Source: Meyerozyma guilliermondii (lineage: Eukaryota). From it: DNA of 64,000 nt. The stretch's first letter is position 1, and each line of letters begins with the position of its first letter. The translations under genes and the position numbers were made by a program. This document shows, in pieces, positions 1 through 10,076 of this stretch. The notes beneath the pieces were generated by a model. The model had not been told where the DNA came from. It was given only the letters and a program-made list of their open reading frames with translations, and did no database searches. The stretch spans positions 434,001 through 498,000 of the forward strand of contig CP128817.1 of NCBI GenBank assembly GCA_051546255.1. Reading direction: 5' to 3'.

Positions 1-818
1 TGACTGCCTTGGTATCCAAGGTTGGCCATATGATTCCTGAAGGAGTTGTGCTTATTTTGCAAAACGTTTTTGAGTGTACACTCGATATGATCAAGACCAA
101 CTTCATCGACTATCCTGAGCATCGGGTGGAGTTTATCAAGTTGCTTCGCGAAATCAACGCCAAGTCATTCCAGGCGTTGTTACAGCTTTCTGGAGATGCA
201 TTCCAATCACTTATCAATGCCGCATTATGGGCGATCAAACATAATAGCCGTGAGGTGGAAGACAACGGTTTGACCCTCACCCTCGAACTTATTGAAAACG
301 TGGAGAAATTGGGAGATACTGCGTTCACTAAAGCTTTTTATGAGAACTTTTACTTTCAAATCTTATCTGATACCTTTTATGTTATCACGCAACCAGATCA
401 TAAAGCTGGCTTCAGAATCCAATCACAGTTGTTGGCGCAATTGGTGCACCTTGTCGAAGACAATGTGATCAAGTATCCGTTGTACTCGCCTGACCAAGCA
501 GCAGAAGGAACAGCTAATTCAGACTTTTTGAAACAATACCTCGCCCAATTACTTTCGTCGGCATTCGATAATTTGAAGCAAGAACAATTAGTCACTTTCT
601 TGAATGTGTTGACTTCGTCTTATAAGGACTTGAACAAATTCAAGGGAACTTTGCGGGATTTCTTGATCCAAATCAAAGAGGTTGGTGGAGATCCTACCGA
701 TTACTTGTTCGCTGAGGACAAGGAGCTCGAGAAGAAGGAGCAAATTAGAATACAGAGAGAGAAAGACTTACAAGTTGGTGGACTTGTCAAGCCGTCAGAG
801 ATGGACGACGATATTTAG
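1..818 (+). CDS. CRM1: Exportin-1 (Crm1/Xpo1), C-terminal part; 5' truncated by the window edge
   Basis: Motifs VFECTLDMI, YPEHRVEF, WAIKHNSREVE, FKGTLRDFLIQIKEVGGDPTDYLFAEDKE and the terminal GGLVKPSEMDD match the yeast Crm1 C-terminus. The frame is open from the window start. Confidence 0.97.
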   Translation, partial: TALVSKVGHMIPEGVVLILQNVFECTLDMIKTNFIDYPEHRVEFIKLLREINAKSFQALLQLSGDAFQSLINAALWAIKHNSREVEDNGLTLTLELIENVEKLGDTAFTKAFYENFYFQILSDTFYVITQPDHKAGFRIQSQLLAQLVHLVEDNVIKYPLYSPDQAAEGTANSDFLKQYLAQLLSSAFDNLKQEQLVTFLNVLTSSYKDLNKFKGTLRDFLIQIKEVGGDPTDYLFAEDKELEKKEQIRIQREKDLQVGGLVKPSEMDDDI

Positions 819-986
819 ACAAGACGAAAAACAAGCGCGTATATAAGAATTGTTCTAGTATTTAATAAAGTGCATAAACTACAGGCATAAAGTCAAAAGC
901 AAAATATGTGGAGCTAATGTTGTGCCGGTCGTGCATTTACCGCCATACATTTTTTTCGATTTGAATCTGAGTTACAACAAGTAAAT

Positions 987-1601
987 ATGTCTGCTGAACC
1001 CAAAGAAACCAAGACGGAATCCACCCCAGCAGAGCCCACTCCCCCCACATCCAACGTTTTCTCGATCTTCGGAGGTAAAAAGGAAAAGAAACCCGAAGCT
1101 GAAGACGAAAAGGACACCGAAAAAGAGGAAAGTGGCGATAAAAAAGATAGCGAAGACACCGAAAAAGCCGACGAAGAAGAGGCAGATGTTCATTTCGAGC
1201 CTTTGGTCCAATTAGAAAAGGTGGAAGTGAAGACCAATGAGGAAGATGAGGAGGTTTTATACAAAGTTAGAGCCAAATTGTTCAGATTTCATGGCGATAG
1301 CAAGGAATGGAAGGAAAGAGGAACTGGTGACGTCAAGTTTTTGAAGCACAAGACCAACGGCAAGGTGCGGATTTTGATGAGAAGAGACAAGACATTGAAG
1401 ATTTGTGCTAACCATCTCATTTCCAAAGAATACGAATTGAAACCTAACATTGGATCTGACAGATCTTGGGTATATTCCGTAACCGCCGATGTGTCTGAAG
1501 GTGAACCAGAAGCGCAAACATTGGCCATCAGATTCGGAAACAAAGAGAATGCTGACAAGTTCAAAGAGTACTTTGACGAGGCTAAAAAAGCAGCTTCGTA
1601 G
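987..1601 (+). CDS. YRB1: Ran-binding protein 1 (RanBD)
   Basis: RanBD motifs [52 protein letters not shown] and GSDRSWVY. Confidence 0.97.
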   Translation: MSAEPKETKTESTPAEPTPPTSNVFSIFGGKKEKKPEAEDEKDTEKEESGDKKDSEDTEKADEEEADVHFEPLVQLEKVEVKTNEEDEEVLYKVRAKLFRFHGDSKEWKERGTGDVKFLKHKTNGKVRILMRRDKTLKICANHLISKEYELKPNIGSDRSWVYSVTADVSEGEPEAQTLAIRFGNKENADKFKEYFDEAKKAAS

Positions 1602-1619
1602 GCTTGTCACGAGACCATC

Positions 1620-1635
1620 CACGTGATCCCACGTG
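1620..1635. promoter_or_regulatory. Two tandem CACGTG E-boxes (Pho4-type) upstream of PHO81
   Basis: CACGTG at 1620-1625 and 1630-1635 (the second in the high-affinity CACGTGGG context), followed by a TATA-like TATAATATATA. Confidence 0.8.
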
Positions 1636-1697
1636 GGGAATTTTCAGCTATAATATATCAATCTTAAACCTCTAATTCGCATTGTAGACCCTATCTG

Positions 1698-4600
1698 ATG
1701 AAGTTTGGAAAGTATCTTGCCTCCCGACAGCTCGAGCTTCCAGAGTACTCGGGCCATTTCATCGACTATAAGGCTCTCAAGAAGCTCATCAAGAAACTCG
1801 CTACACCGTCCAGTCCTGATGGAATCACTCCAGTCACCACGGTTTCTCCGGTAGAGGCGCAAAACACGTTGAAAGAAAATAGGGCGTCCTTCTTCTTTCG
1901 TGTTGAACGTGAGCTTGAGAAAGTCAATTCCTTTTATTTAGAAAAACAAGCTAATCTTGAAGTCAATTTGGAACTTTTACTAAACAAAAATCGGGAACTT
2001 TTAACAAGATATCATGAACAATTGGAGAGGAAGGAAGGCAGAAATTCCAACTTCAGGAACTCCATTTCTTACCTCAACTTGTACCAAAACTTCAAAAAAA
2101 TTCATCAAGACTTGATCAGATTGCAACAATTTATTGAACTCAACGAAACTGGGTTTCTGAAAGTGGTGAAAAAATGGGATAAAAGGTCCAAATCCCACAC
2201 CAGGGAACTATTTATCCTGACTGCTGTCAGCGTGCAACCTGTTTTCCACAAAAATGACATTAACGAATTGAGTGATATGGTTACTCAGACTTTATTTGAC
2301 CTCGAATCAATTATGGATGGTGACTTTTCGTCGCTTCCAAAATACATTTCGCTCCAAGCATCTCCTAACATGTTAGCTGAAAGTCCGTCTGCAAATAGTG
2401 ACTCTTTCCAATCGTCCAACTTCAATACGTCCAGACATGGATCCGTTGCAAACGTCTATAATTCTGAGATCGATGATCTTTACAGTAGCTTTGTCAATAT
2501 TGCTACAATTAAAGACCCAGACTTGGATTTGTTAGACAGGTGGATTGAAAAGGTGGGTAAGGGTCTGAACCAAACGTCAGAGGAAGAATCAAAACTCAAA
2601 TTATCCAAAATATTTCTACTTTCGATTCCCAATGTCCGCATTGCTGACTCCTTCCTTCAGCTCTTTTTAGAGCGCATTAACTACAGCGTGGACTTTACCA
2701 TTGTCAGCGACGACTTCAATAATAAACGTACTGTGATCCATCAGTGTTGCTCCATTCCTCCAGCTTCTACTCAAGAGAACCATGCCATTATTAATAATGG
2801 TGTTAAAGTGATTAATTCAATCGACAGTATTCAACATTCCAGAACATTTATTGTTGATTATATGATGAGCAAGCTTACAGATTCTGTTAGAGAAGAGCTT
2901 CTTGCTTGCAAGGATTTCAATGGACGGACCTGTCTTCATTATGCGGCCCAGAATAACAGACTCGATTTGTTAAATCTAGTTGCACCTGCATTCCCTCGTG
3001 ATCACCTTGATGATTTGGATAATGAATCTATGACGGCACTTCTTTTGGCAATTAGACACAAACATGTTCATATGATTGAAAAGTTGGTGCAAATGGGAAG
3101 TAACTGCTGGCCCACATCAAGTGAAAGTAACCTTCAGTACTTACCAATCAACTATGCTTGCGAATACGGAGACTACCAAATCTTGGAGTACTTGCTTTCT
3201 TATTCGAAGCCTACTGTACTGCTTGTTAATCAACCAGATGTAAAGGGTTTACATCCACTTCATGTCACTGCAAGATCGGGCCACTATAAGCTCATAAAAT
3301 TGTTGACCCAATATGGAGCTGACGTTAATATGGTTGATGATCTTTTTAATTGGCCTCCTATTTTTTATGCTGTGCTGGAGGGACATGTAAAGACTACTGA
3401 GGAGCTCGTTTCCTTGGGTGCTAATCTTGACTATGTTGATGGTGATGGGTACAACGTTCTTTACTATTGTATGATTGAGGGCCACATTGATGTTCTTAAT
3501 GCTTTGCTCAAGTATGATAAAGTGATCTTGAAATCTTCGACTAAAAATTGGGAAAAAGACCAATCTTTCCCTCAAGTTCAAGCAGAAAATTCCGGGGTTC
3601 ATGTTATCAATGGCATTGCTAAAGATGACATTAAAACAAGCCAAAACAAAGATATGGTTGAGGACGACTCAGATAATTCAAGCCTCGAAAAGTCCACCCT
3701 GGAAGCTATTCCTGATCTTCAACTTCCTCCACCAATTCTTCCTCTCAGACGGTATGGTCACAACTTCTTAGAGCAGAAGGTCCTAATTGAGCTCATATTT
3801 CCATCGGAAGAGCACTTTATCAAGTTATTAAATTTAACTTCTGACTTGAAACCTGGTCGTATAACCCTTACCTCAAGCATGACAGATATTGTTCCAAGAA
3901 ACATCATACTTCCAATCGAAGACAAGACTCGCTCCAGTAATAAGTGCATTTTCCAGACTGACGTTGACTCATTGAACGACTTTCGGATTGATTTCGAGAT
4001 CTTTCCAAAATTTGGAACAAGACTCATTGCGAAGACTTCAGCGATGTCATTCACAGAAACAAACTATTCGAGCTCGGAGGCAGATTCGGTACATTTACCA
4101 CTTTTCGATCTTCGTTTGAGAAATGTTGGAGAATTGAATTTCAGGTACCAAATCATCTTCCCATTCTCTGGAGCCTTACTTGAAACATCTCAATTTGACA
4201 CTTACTGGAAGTCATCAACAAGCTTCTTGAGAACCAGCAAACCATTTAGACATAGCGGTGCTAGCGGTCTTTCCCCTCGAAGCATATTGTCGCCTACTGG
4301 TCTAAACCCGGAATCTAACGTTGCAACAAAAGCTGTTGACTCTTCAACAGCAAACTCCAATGGTACATCATTTGTAACCGCCACTTCGCTTTCTGGTGAA
4401 TATTTGAGGATAAAGGTTTGCCTCTTAAAAGATGGTACTCCTATAGTGTGCCCTCAGTGGTCAATTGCAATCTCCGAAAACTTGAGTCTTTATCTTCCAA
4501 ATCTTTCATTGGAACAATTAAATTCCATCACAAACAACTTGTTTGACTATGAGAAGGTGTTGCATGATCTCAACAAAATGACGAAAAAGAATCTTCCTTT

Positions 4601-5297
4601 GATCAAGAAGTTGATGAAGATCATTTACTTACCATTGGGAGTACTTTTGGAAGTGTTGAATATCGATATCAATTTGAGTTTGGAGGTGTTGTTTCCATCT
4701 TATTACGAGATGAAGAAGCTACCATTTGTTGGTACCATCAGAGAAGTACTCAACAAGTTCATTGACGAAACCTTAAATGCTGTCTTCAATCATACAAGAA
4801 CGTGGAAAGTAAGAAATATCACCAACACCCGGTCAATAATTTTCTTGTCCTCGAACTCGCTCATCTGCAAAATCTTAAACTGGAAACAACCCAACTTTCC
4901 AGTCTTCTTCGTTATGAATGGAATCACCTACAACAACAAAGCAAAGCTGTTTGAGTACAGAACTACGAACGGAATTTTGATGGACAACGAATCAAAGAAA
5001 GAACCAGAGATTTTGGGCAGGTCCCAGGAAGTCATAACCCGATCTATTAATGAGGGTGTCAACTTTACCGTCAATAACAATTTGATTGGTTTGGTCATTT
5101 CAATACATTTGTTGAGATTGGTTCCAAAGTTGGTTCCTTTAATAAGAGCCCGAGGATTGATTATTGTGGCTTCCAGCGATGTGACTGATGTCGACGACGA
5201 AGCCGCGTTCAGCAAAGACTTGGATTCTTACACTAAAGCTGAGATAAACGGACTTCGGTTCGGCGATATCATGAGTTTTAAAGATGACATAGCATAA
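1698..5297 (+). CDS. PHO81: SPX-ankyrin-GDPD-like CDK inhibitor Pho81
   Basis: N-terminal SPX domain (MKFGKYL...FIDYKALKKLIK), central ankyrin repeats (GRTCLHYAA, HPLHVTARSGH), the IPDLQLPPPILPLRRYGHNFLE motif and a degenerate GDPD C-terminus. Confidence 0.95.
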   Translation: MKFGKYLASRQLELPEYSGHFIDYKALKKLIKKLATPSSPDGITPVTTVSPVEAQNTLKENRASFFFRVERELEKVNSFYLEKQANLEVNLELLLNKNRELLTRYHEQLERKEGRNSNFRNSISYLNLYQNFKKIHQDLIRLQQFIELNETGFLKVVKKWDKRSKSHTRELFILTAVSVQPVFHKNDINELSDMVTQTLFDLESIMDGDFSSLPKYISLQASPNMLAESPSANSDSFQSSNFNTSRHGSVANVYNSEIDDLYSSFVNIATIKDPDLDLLDRWIEKVGKGLNQTSEEESKLKLSKIFLLSIPNVRIADSFLQLFLERINYSVDFTIVSDDFNNKRTVIHQCCSIPPASTQENHAIINNGVKVINSIDSIQHSRTFIVDYMMSKLTDSVREELLACKDFNGRTCLHYAAQNNRLDLLNLVAPAFPRDHLDDLDNESMTALLLAIRHKHVHMIEKLVQMGSNCWPTSSESNLQYLPINYACEYGDYQILEYLLSYSKPTVLLVNQPDVKGLHPLHVTARSGHYKLIKLLTQYGADVNMVDDLFNWPPIFYAVLEGHVKTTEELVSLGANLDYVDGDGYNVLYYCMIEGHIDVLNALLKYDKVILKSSTKNWEKDQSFPQVQAENSGVHVINGIAKDDIKTSQNKDMVEDDSDNSSLEKSTLEAIPDLQLPPPILPLRRYGHNFLEQKVLIELIFPSEEHFIKLLNLTSDLKPGRITLTSSMTDIVPRNIILPIEDKTRSSNKCIFQTDVDSLNDFRIDFEIFPKFGTRLIAKTSAMSFTETNYSSSEADSVHLPLFDLRLRNVGELNFRYQIIFPFSGALLETSQFDTYWKSSTSFLRTSKPFRHSGASGLSPRSILSPTGLNPESNVATKAVDSSTANSNGTSFVTATSLSGEYLRIKVCLLKDGTPIVCPQWSIAISENLSLYLPNLSLEQLNSITNNLFDYEKVLHDLNKMTKKNLPLIKKLMKIIYLPLGVLLEVLNIDINLSLEVLFPSYYEMKKLPFVGTIREVLNKFIDETLNAVFNHTRTWKVRNITNTRSIIFLSSNSLICKILNWKQPNFPVFFVMNGITYNNKAKLFEYRTTNGILMDNESKKEPEILGRSQEVITRSINEGVNFTVNNNLIGLVISIHLLRLVPKLVPLIRARGLIIVASSDVTDVDDEAAFSKDLDSYTKAEINGLRFGDIMSFKDDIA

Positions 5298-5334
5298 ACT
5301 TACAAATAATACATTTAGTATATGACAAAGCAAG

Positions 5335-7200
5335 TTAGCGTCTTCTTCTGGGAGGTGGAGGCGGAGGTGGAGACATACTCAGAATTTTAAGATTAGGCGG
5401 CGGAGGGGCCTTTTTCTTTTTGCCCTTCATTGTCACCAGCGAGGCTGATGCGATCGAAGACGACGATGAATTTCTGGACTCCACGAAACGTAGGTCAGAG
5501 GTGAAAGGCGACATCGGCCGGTCCCCATGCTTCTGTAGAAATTCCTTTGGTAAATCTAAAAGCTTCAGAGTATCAGAGTAATTGGTACCTACCGTGTGTC
5601 CCGAATTTAGCGTTTTATCCGCTGCTGATAAAAATACATTACCATTGTTCGCAATGATTTGCGACCTTTGAACGTCTTCATTATTGTGAGAGGTTGTGTG
5701 TTTATGATAGTCTGCGTGTGTGGAAGTTCTCACCGATGCAACTCTTGCAAATGGATCATCTTCTGGGTCTATCGACATGTTTTCAGCAAGCAGACTCAAA
5801 GAAGAGGCCGAAGTTGATCTTTTGACCGGTGTTACATCTGTAGCTTTCTTTGTTTTTAACCATGGAATAGCCAAACATTTCATGGCTAACTTTGCAATGG
5901 TTTGTACTTGATGACTTCTAGGCGAATCTGCCTCTACCGATCCAGCGGTGGAGTTAGAGATCAAGTTTCTCAAAAGCTCAATAATCTCTTCGTTCTTGTA
6001 TCCTGATTCACTTATTTGTGAGAAGGTTAAAAGTGGGCGAAGAACCTTTAAATAGGTGATTATAAGGACTCTGTTTTCCTGACCTATATCGTCAGAATAG
6101 TCAAGGTTATTGAGCTCTCTTATGAAAATATCCACGAGGATCTTCAAATCGTTAAGGTACACAAGCTTCGTAGTGTAAGAAGTTGTGAATACCAAGTATA
6201 AGAACTTGAGAATGAGAATCTTGACTATCGACGATTCTTCACGATTAATGTGATAAACCAACAAGTTGATGAAATTTGCAATTCTCACTTGAGTATCCAA
6301 TTGAGAGTCGCCATGTAAAAGTAAGCCATTGAACACCTGATTCGTGATTGTATCAGTATAATAAGACTTCATGAGGTACTGCTCATTTACAATAAGTAAG
6401 AGTTTAAGTTCCTCGTAGGCCATAAGATTCGCTTCATCCTCCCATTCACCTTCCCTGTCATCAGAATCAGAAAACTTATTATGGGAAAGTAGGTGGGTTA
6501 TTAAAACAGGCACCAATGCAGTTTCGACCGTAAGCGAGAAAAACTCATCATCCGATAAAAGCTCCCAATAGTAGAGATACTCAAATATTATGTCGCATGC
6601 AAATTTCAAGAGTATATATGACGACGACGTCACAACTTCATCCAAGGATCGGATATGACAGGCTATGAAGCGCGACAAAATGGTGACAAGATTCAACTTC
6701 CGCAAAACAGTAAATAGGACATCGATATTAATGAGCAGAAGAGAATCATTTTTCGAAGAGGACTCTTGTGACTCGTTTTTCATTTTTAGAAGGAGTAAAA
6801 GACAAACACATGCAAACTCCTTAATGCAATTGACTTCACCACCGTTGGAAGTATCTTCCACTTCGGTAAAAACGGTAAGAAGGCTCAAGATTTTGCCCAA
6901 ACACAAACTGTAATTTTTGGAGAACAAGTTCAGATTGAGTAACTTCAATGCAAACACAGACAACTTGTGGTAGTTTCGCTTATCACAAGTGTCGTCCGAG
7001 CTAACCGAGGCATCCACCACATGCTTGAAATATAGTGAAATGTTATTATTACATTCACCCGGATCGCTATTAATTAGGATTGCACGAATATCACTTTCTT
7101 TGGTATCTGGCTCCTCTGGTGAAGACAGGTGAACAAACTGGCAATGGGGAAATGACGTGACTGGAGGCAGACCATGTTGGGTGCCACCAGGGCTATGCAT
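5335..7200 (-). CDS. LDB17: SPIN90/Ldb17/Dip1-family Arp2/3 activator with C-terminal polyproline
   Basis: DUF2013-like motif ILKFLYLVFTT...YLNDLKILVDIFIREL and a terminal KAPPPP...PPPPPPPRRRR SH3-ligand tail. Confidence 0.8.
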   Translation of the reverse strand: MHSPGGTQHGLPPVTSFPHCQFVHLSSPEEPDTKESDIRAILINSDPGECNNNISLYFKHVVDASVSSDDTCDKRNYHKLSVFALKLLNLNLFSKNYSLCLGKILSLLTVFTEVEDTSNGGEVNCIKEFACVCLLLLLKMKNESQESSSKNDSLLLINIDVLFTVLRKLNLVTILSRFIACHIRSLDEVVTSSSYILLKFACDIIFEYLYYWELLSDDEFFSLTVETALVPVLITHLLSHNKFSDSDDREGEWEDEANLMAYEELKLLLIVNEQYLMKSYYTDTITNQVFNGLLLHGDSQLDTQVRIANFINLLVYHINREESSIVKILILKFLYLVFTTSYTTKLVYLNDLKILVDIFIRELNNLDYSDDIGQENRVLIITYLKVLRPLLTFSQISESGYKNEEIIELLRNLISNSTAGSVEADSPRSHQVQTIAKLAMKCLAIPWLKTKKATDVTPVKRSTSASSLSLLAENMSIDPEDDPFARVASVRTSTHADYHKHTTSHNNEDVQRSQIIANNGNVFLSAADKTLNSGHTVGTNYSDTLKLLDLPKEFLQKHGDRPMSPFTSDLRFVESRNSSSSSIASASLVTMKGKKKKAPPPPNLKILSMSPPPPPPPRRRR

Positions 7201-7322
7201 AAGTGAACAAGTTACGAATTAGTGGGGAAGAAATTGGTCAAAGAGTGCGCACCAGAAAATCTTAGGAAAAACTACATCAAAATTGTGGGTAAAAACGAGA
7301 TTCACTATTAAAAGATAGCTAC

Positions 7323-8411
7323 CTAGTTCTTCAACACGGAGTCGAATTGACCCTTGGAAGGCTTAACCTTCTTTTGGTCAACCTTGGCCGATCCCAACTT
7401 GTTGGTGGAGAAAGCCTTGGCGTAAGGGTTCAATCTCAACAACACTTGCTTGTTCTTCAATGGGTTCTTCTTCAAGACGTGAGTCTTCTTTTGAGAAGGT
7501 TGACCAGCAGGTCTAACAACAGATTGGATTTCAGAAGAGTTGATCAATCTGGTGACATCAGTGTTGGTGATGATGTTGTTTGGCAACGAGTAGTTGGACT
7601 TAATGCTCTTGGTAGATTCAGAGCCGTAGATAGAGTCCAAAGATTCGATGGCACTTTGGGTCCAGATAACGAATCTACCCAAGTGAGCACCAGGGGCCAA
7701 TTGCAACAAACCCAAGTGCTTGACATCGGAAGTCTCGACACCTGGAATGTTTCTCAAAGCCTTGGTAAGACCGTTGTCCTTGGCGTAAACCACCAATGGA
7801 CCTCTTCTTTGGGTGAATCTTCTACCTCTCAACTTACCCTTACCAGCTCTCAACTTCTTGGACTTGAGAACCTTGACAACATCCTTGTGGGCACCAACAG
7901 CCTTCAACACAGCAACGGCTTCCTTGGTCTTGGTGACGGACTCAAATTCGTCAGCGACAACCAATGGCAATTCCTTGACTTGCTCGACTCTGTGACCTCT
8001 AGCCAAAACCAAAGAGGTAACAGCAGAAGCAGCAATGGCAGAAGCAGTAGCGTAACGCTTTTCGTTGTGGTTAACCTTGATGTTCCACTTTCTCCAGGTC
8101 TTGGTAGGAGCGAACATACGTCCACCTCTACACATGTTACCGAAAGCAGCTTGACCGGAACGGTGGGTACCACCACCACCAACTCTTGGAATTCTGGCAA
8201 CAGCTCTACCAGTACCCCACGATTCAGCAGAGGTTTGGTGACCAGCCTTCTCAGAGACAGCGTAAGCTTGTCTCTTGTTCTTGTTCACCTTGACGAAAAC
8301 AGAGTGGACAATGTCTGGTCTGACTGGAGCAGAGAAGACAGATGGCAAAGCCACTTGGGTGGAGGTTTGCTCACCCTTGGTAGAGATAACGGACACTTGA
8401 GGACGGGACAT
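7323..8411 (-). CDS. RPL4: 60S ribosomal protein L4 (uL4)
   Basis: [22 protein letters not shown] and [16 protein letters not shown]; strong codon bias. Confidence 0.99.
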   Translation of the reverse strand: MSRPQVSVISTKGEQTSTQVALPSVFSAPVRPDIVHSVFVKVNKNKRQAYAVSEKAGHQTSAESWGTGRAVARIPRVGGGGTHRSGQAAFGNMCRGGRMFAPTKTWRKWNIKVNHNEKRYATASAIAASAVTSLVLARGHRVEQVKELPLVVADEFESVTKTKEAVAVLKAVGAHKDVVKVLKSKKLRAGKGKLRGRRFTQRRGPLVVYAKDNGLTKALRNIPGVETSDVKHLGLLQLAPGAHLGRFVIWTQSAIESLDSIYGSESTKSIKSNYSLPNNIITNTDVTRLINSSEIQSVVRPAGQPSQKKTHVLKKNPLKNKQVLLRLNPYAKAFSTNKLGSAKVDQKKVKPSKGQFDSVLKN

Positions 8412-8428
8412 TAGTGGTTAATGAAAAA

Positions 8429-8449
8429 TGAAAAATTTTTGAAAATTTT
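8429..8449. promoter_or_regulatory. Tandem RRPE-like elements just upstream of RPL4
   Basis: TGAAAAATTTT (8429-8439) followed directly by TGAAAATTTT (8440-8449). Confidence 0.55.
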
Positions 8450-8614
8450 TTCGAGGTTCAATAAGGTCGTGCGAAGCTACAATTTGAGCAGAAGAAGCAA
8501 TCCTGCAGTTAAACCACCAATGTACAAGTATCGTAGAAATGATATAAGATCAACAGCTATATGCTACCATCTGACCCTACTCGCTCTGAATATATCTCTG
8601 AGTCCCCTGACAGA

Positions 8615-9244
8615 CTAGCAGCAGCCCTGCTGCTGTGGGCGGCGGTTCAACTCCACGCCCGACTGTCGGCCCGCAGACGGCTTCGATGCACCGTTAATCG
8701 TCTCTTCCACCGGTAAAGCTTTGGCCACGTTGGTGAATATTTCCAATACGCCCTCGCCGCTCTTTGCCGAACACTCTTCCGTGAACACCTGGATCCCTTC
8801 TCCCCTCAACTCTTCAACATATGCAGTGACAGCGTTGGCATCCACCTGTCTTTCGTCTTCCAAGTCAGCTTTATTTCCAACAAGACAAATCACTATGCCT
8901 TCTGGTGCCTGCTTCTTCAACTCCTTGATCCAATTCTGTGCTTTTTGGAAAGATGAGCTATTGGTGATGTCGTAAACACACAACGCCGCATGGGCATTGC
9001 GGTAATACATGGGTGCCAAGGACTTGTAACGTTCCTGGCCTGCGGTGTCCCATATTTCGAATTTGACCGTAGCATTTATCTCTGGAAGTGTCACGGATTG
9101 GGTCAAAAATGCTGCGCCAATGGTAGATTCTCTCATGTTATCAAAGGTGTTTTTGACGAACCGATGAACAACAGAAGACTTGCCCACGGCACTCTCACCA
9201 AGCAACACCAACTTGAATTGAGCAAATCTTTGTGACGGAGGCAT
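8615..9244 (-). CDS. YPT52: Rab5-family GTPase
   Basis: FKLVLLGESAVGKSSVVHRFVK, ESTIGAAFL, WDTAGQERYKSLAPMYYR, NKAD and a C-terminal CC prenylation motif. The QFKLVLLG...HRFVK...RESTIG pattern is Ypt52-like. Confidence 0.85.
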   Translation of the reverse strand: MPPSQRFAQFKLVLLGESAVGKSSVVHRFVKNTFDNMRESTIGAAFLTQSVTLPEINATVKFEIWDTAGQERYKSLAPMYYRNAHAALCVYDITNSSSFQKAQNWIKELKKQAPEGIVICLVGNKADLEDERQVDANAVTAYVEELRGEGIQVFTEECSAKSGEGVLEIFTNVAKALPVEETINGASKPSAGRQSGVELNRRPQQQGCC

Positions 9245-9380
9245 GATGTGCTATAATGGATGTATTAAACAAAAAATAATAAATGAACCCCTCTAGATTT
9301 GCGAATCGATTACGTTGCGCGGCAGATATATATAGGAAGAGCAGAGGAGGGGAAGAGTAAGAGACAACAAAATTAGACGG

Positions 9381-9460
9381 ATAATCTAGAAATGACTAGA
9401 CATGAACTAGAATTGATGCTAGACTTAATGACTAGACTTGGTGACTAGATCTGATCTAAC
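9381..9460. repeat. Degenerate tandem repeat with CTAGA core (6 copies)
   Basis: CTAGA at 9386, 9396, 9407, 9419, 9432 and 9445, mostly as TGA-x-CTAGA. Confidence 0.7.
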
Positions 9461-9572
9461 TCAACTTGCGAGAATTGTCTTCGGTATTATATGAGCCATT
9501 GAAGCTCGCTCCTACAACTTTCCGTCAGATATTATTTACAAGACTATGATAAATCATATTTAGCTGGCAGAA

Positions 9573-9899
9573 TTACTCCTCGATCTTAGCCAAGATCTCC
9601 TTGTCGGTATACAACAAGTACTCATCCTCACCAATCTTGACTGGGTTACCTCCGAAAGATGGCAACAACACCTTGTCTCCAGCCTTCACCGAAGTAGGAA
9701 TCACTTGTCCAGTGGTGGTGTTAGTGATACCGGGACCAGCAGCAATGACGGTAGCTTGGTTCAACTTTTCCTGGTTTTTTTCTGGAATGTAAATTCCCGA
9801 TGCAGTTTGAGTGGCAGGCTTGAGTCTCTGCACGAGAACTCTGTCAAATAAAGGCTTCAAAGATTGGGCAGATTTCAAAAGCGACGACTGAGTTAGCAT
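9573..9899 (-). CDS. HSP10: Mitochondrial co-chaperonin Hsp10
   Basis: LKPLFDRVLVQR, TASGIYIPEK, VKAGDKVLLPSFGG and EILAKI. Confidence 0.97.
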   Translation of the reverse strand: MLTQSSLLKSAQSLKPLFDRVLVQRLKPATQTASGIYIPEKNQEKLNQATVIAAGPGITNTTTGQVIPTSVKAGDKVLLPSFGGNPVKIGEDEYLLYTDKEILAKIEE

Positions 9900-10076
9900 G
9901 TTTTACGAATTAACCTGGGGGTTTACGTACCATTTTTATAAACTTGGTTATAGTCCCGGATGGAAAAATCGGTAATGTTCCACGAGGCACCACACGACCG
10001 CGAACCTGCATCGAGCGAACGGTTGCAAGTTGCAAATTAACCAATACCTAAAGCAATTAGATGTTCTACTTACTTT

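Noticed and set aside
7347..8414. 355-aa antisense ORF spanning RPL4
   Set aside because: Codon-in-register shadow of a highly biased ribosomal protein gene; non-ATG start and no recognisable motifs.
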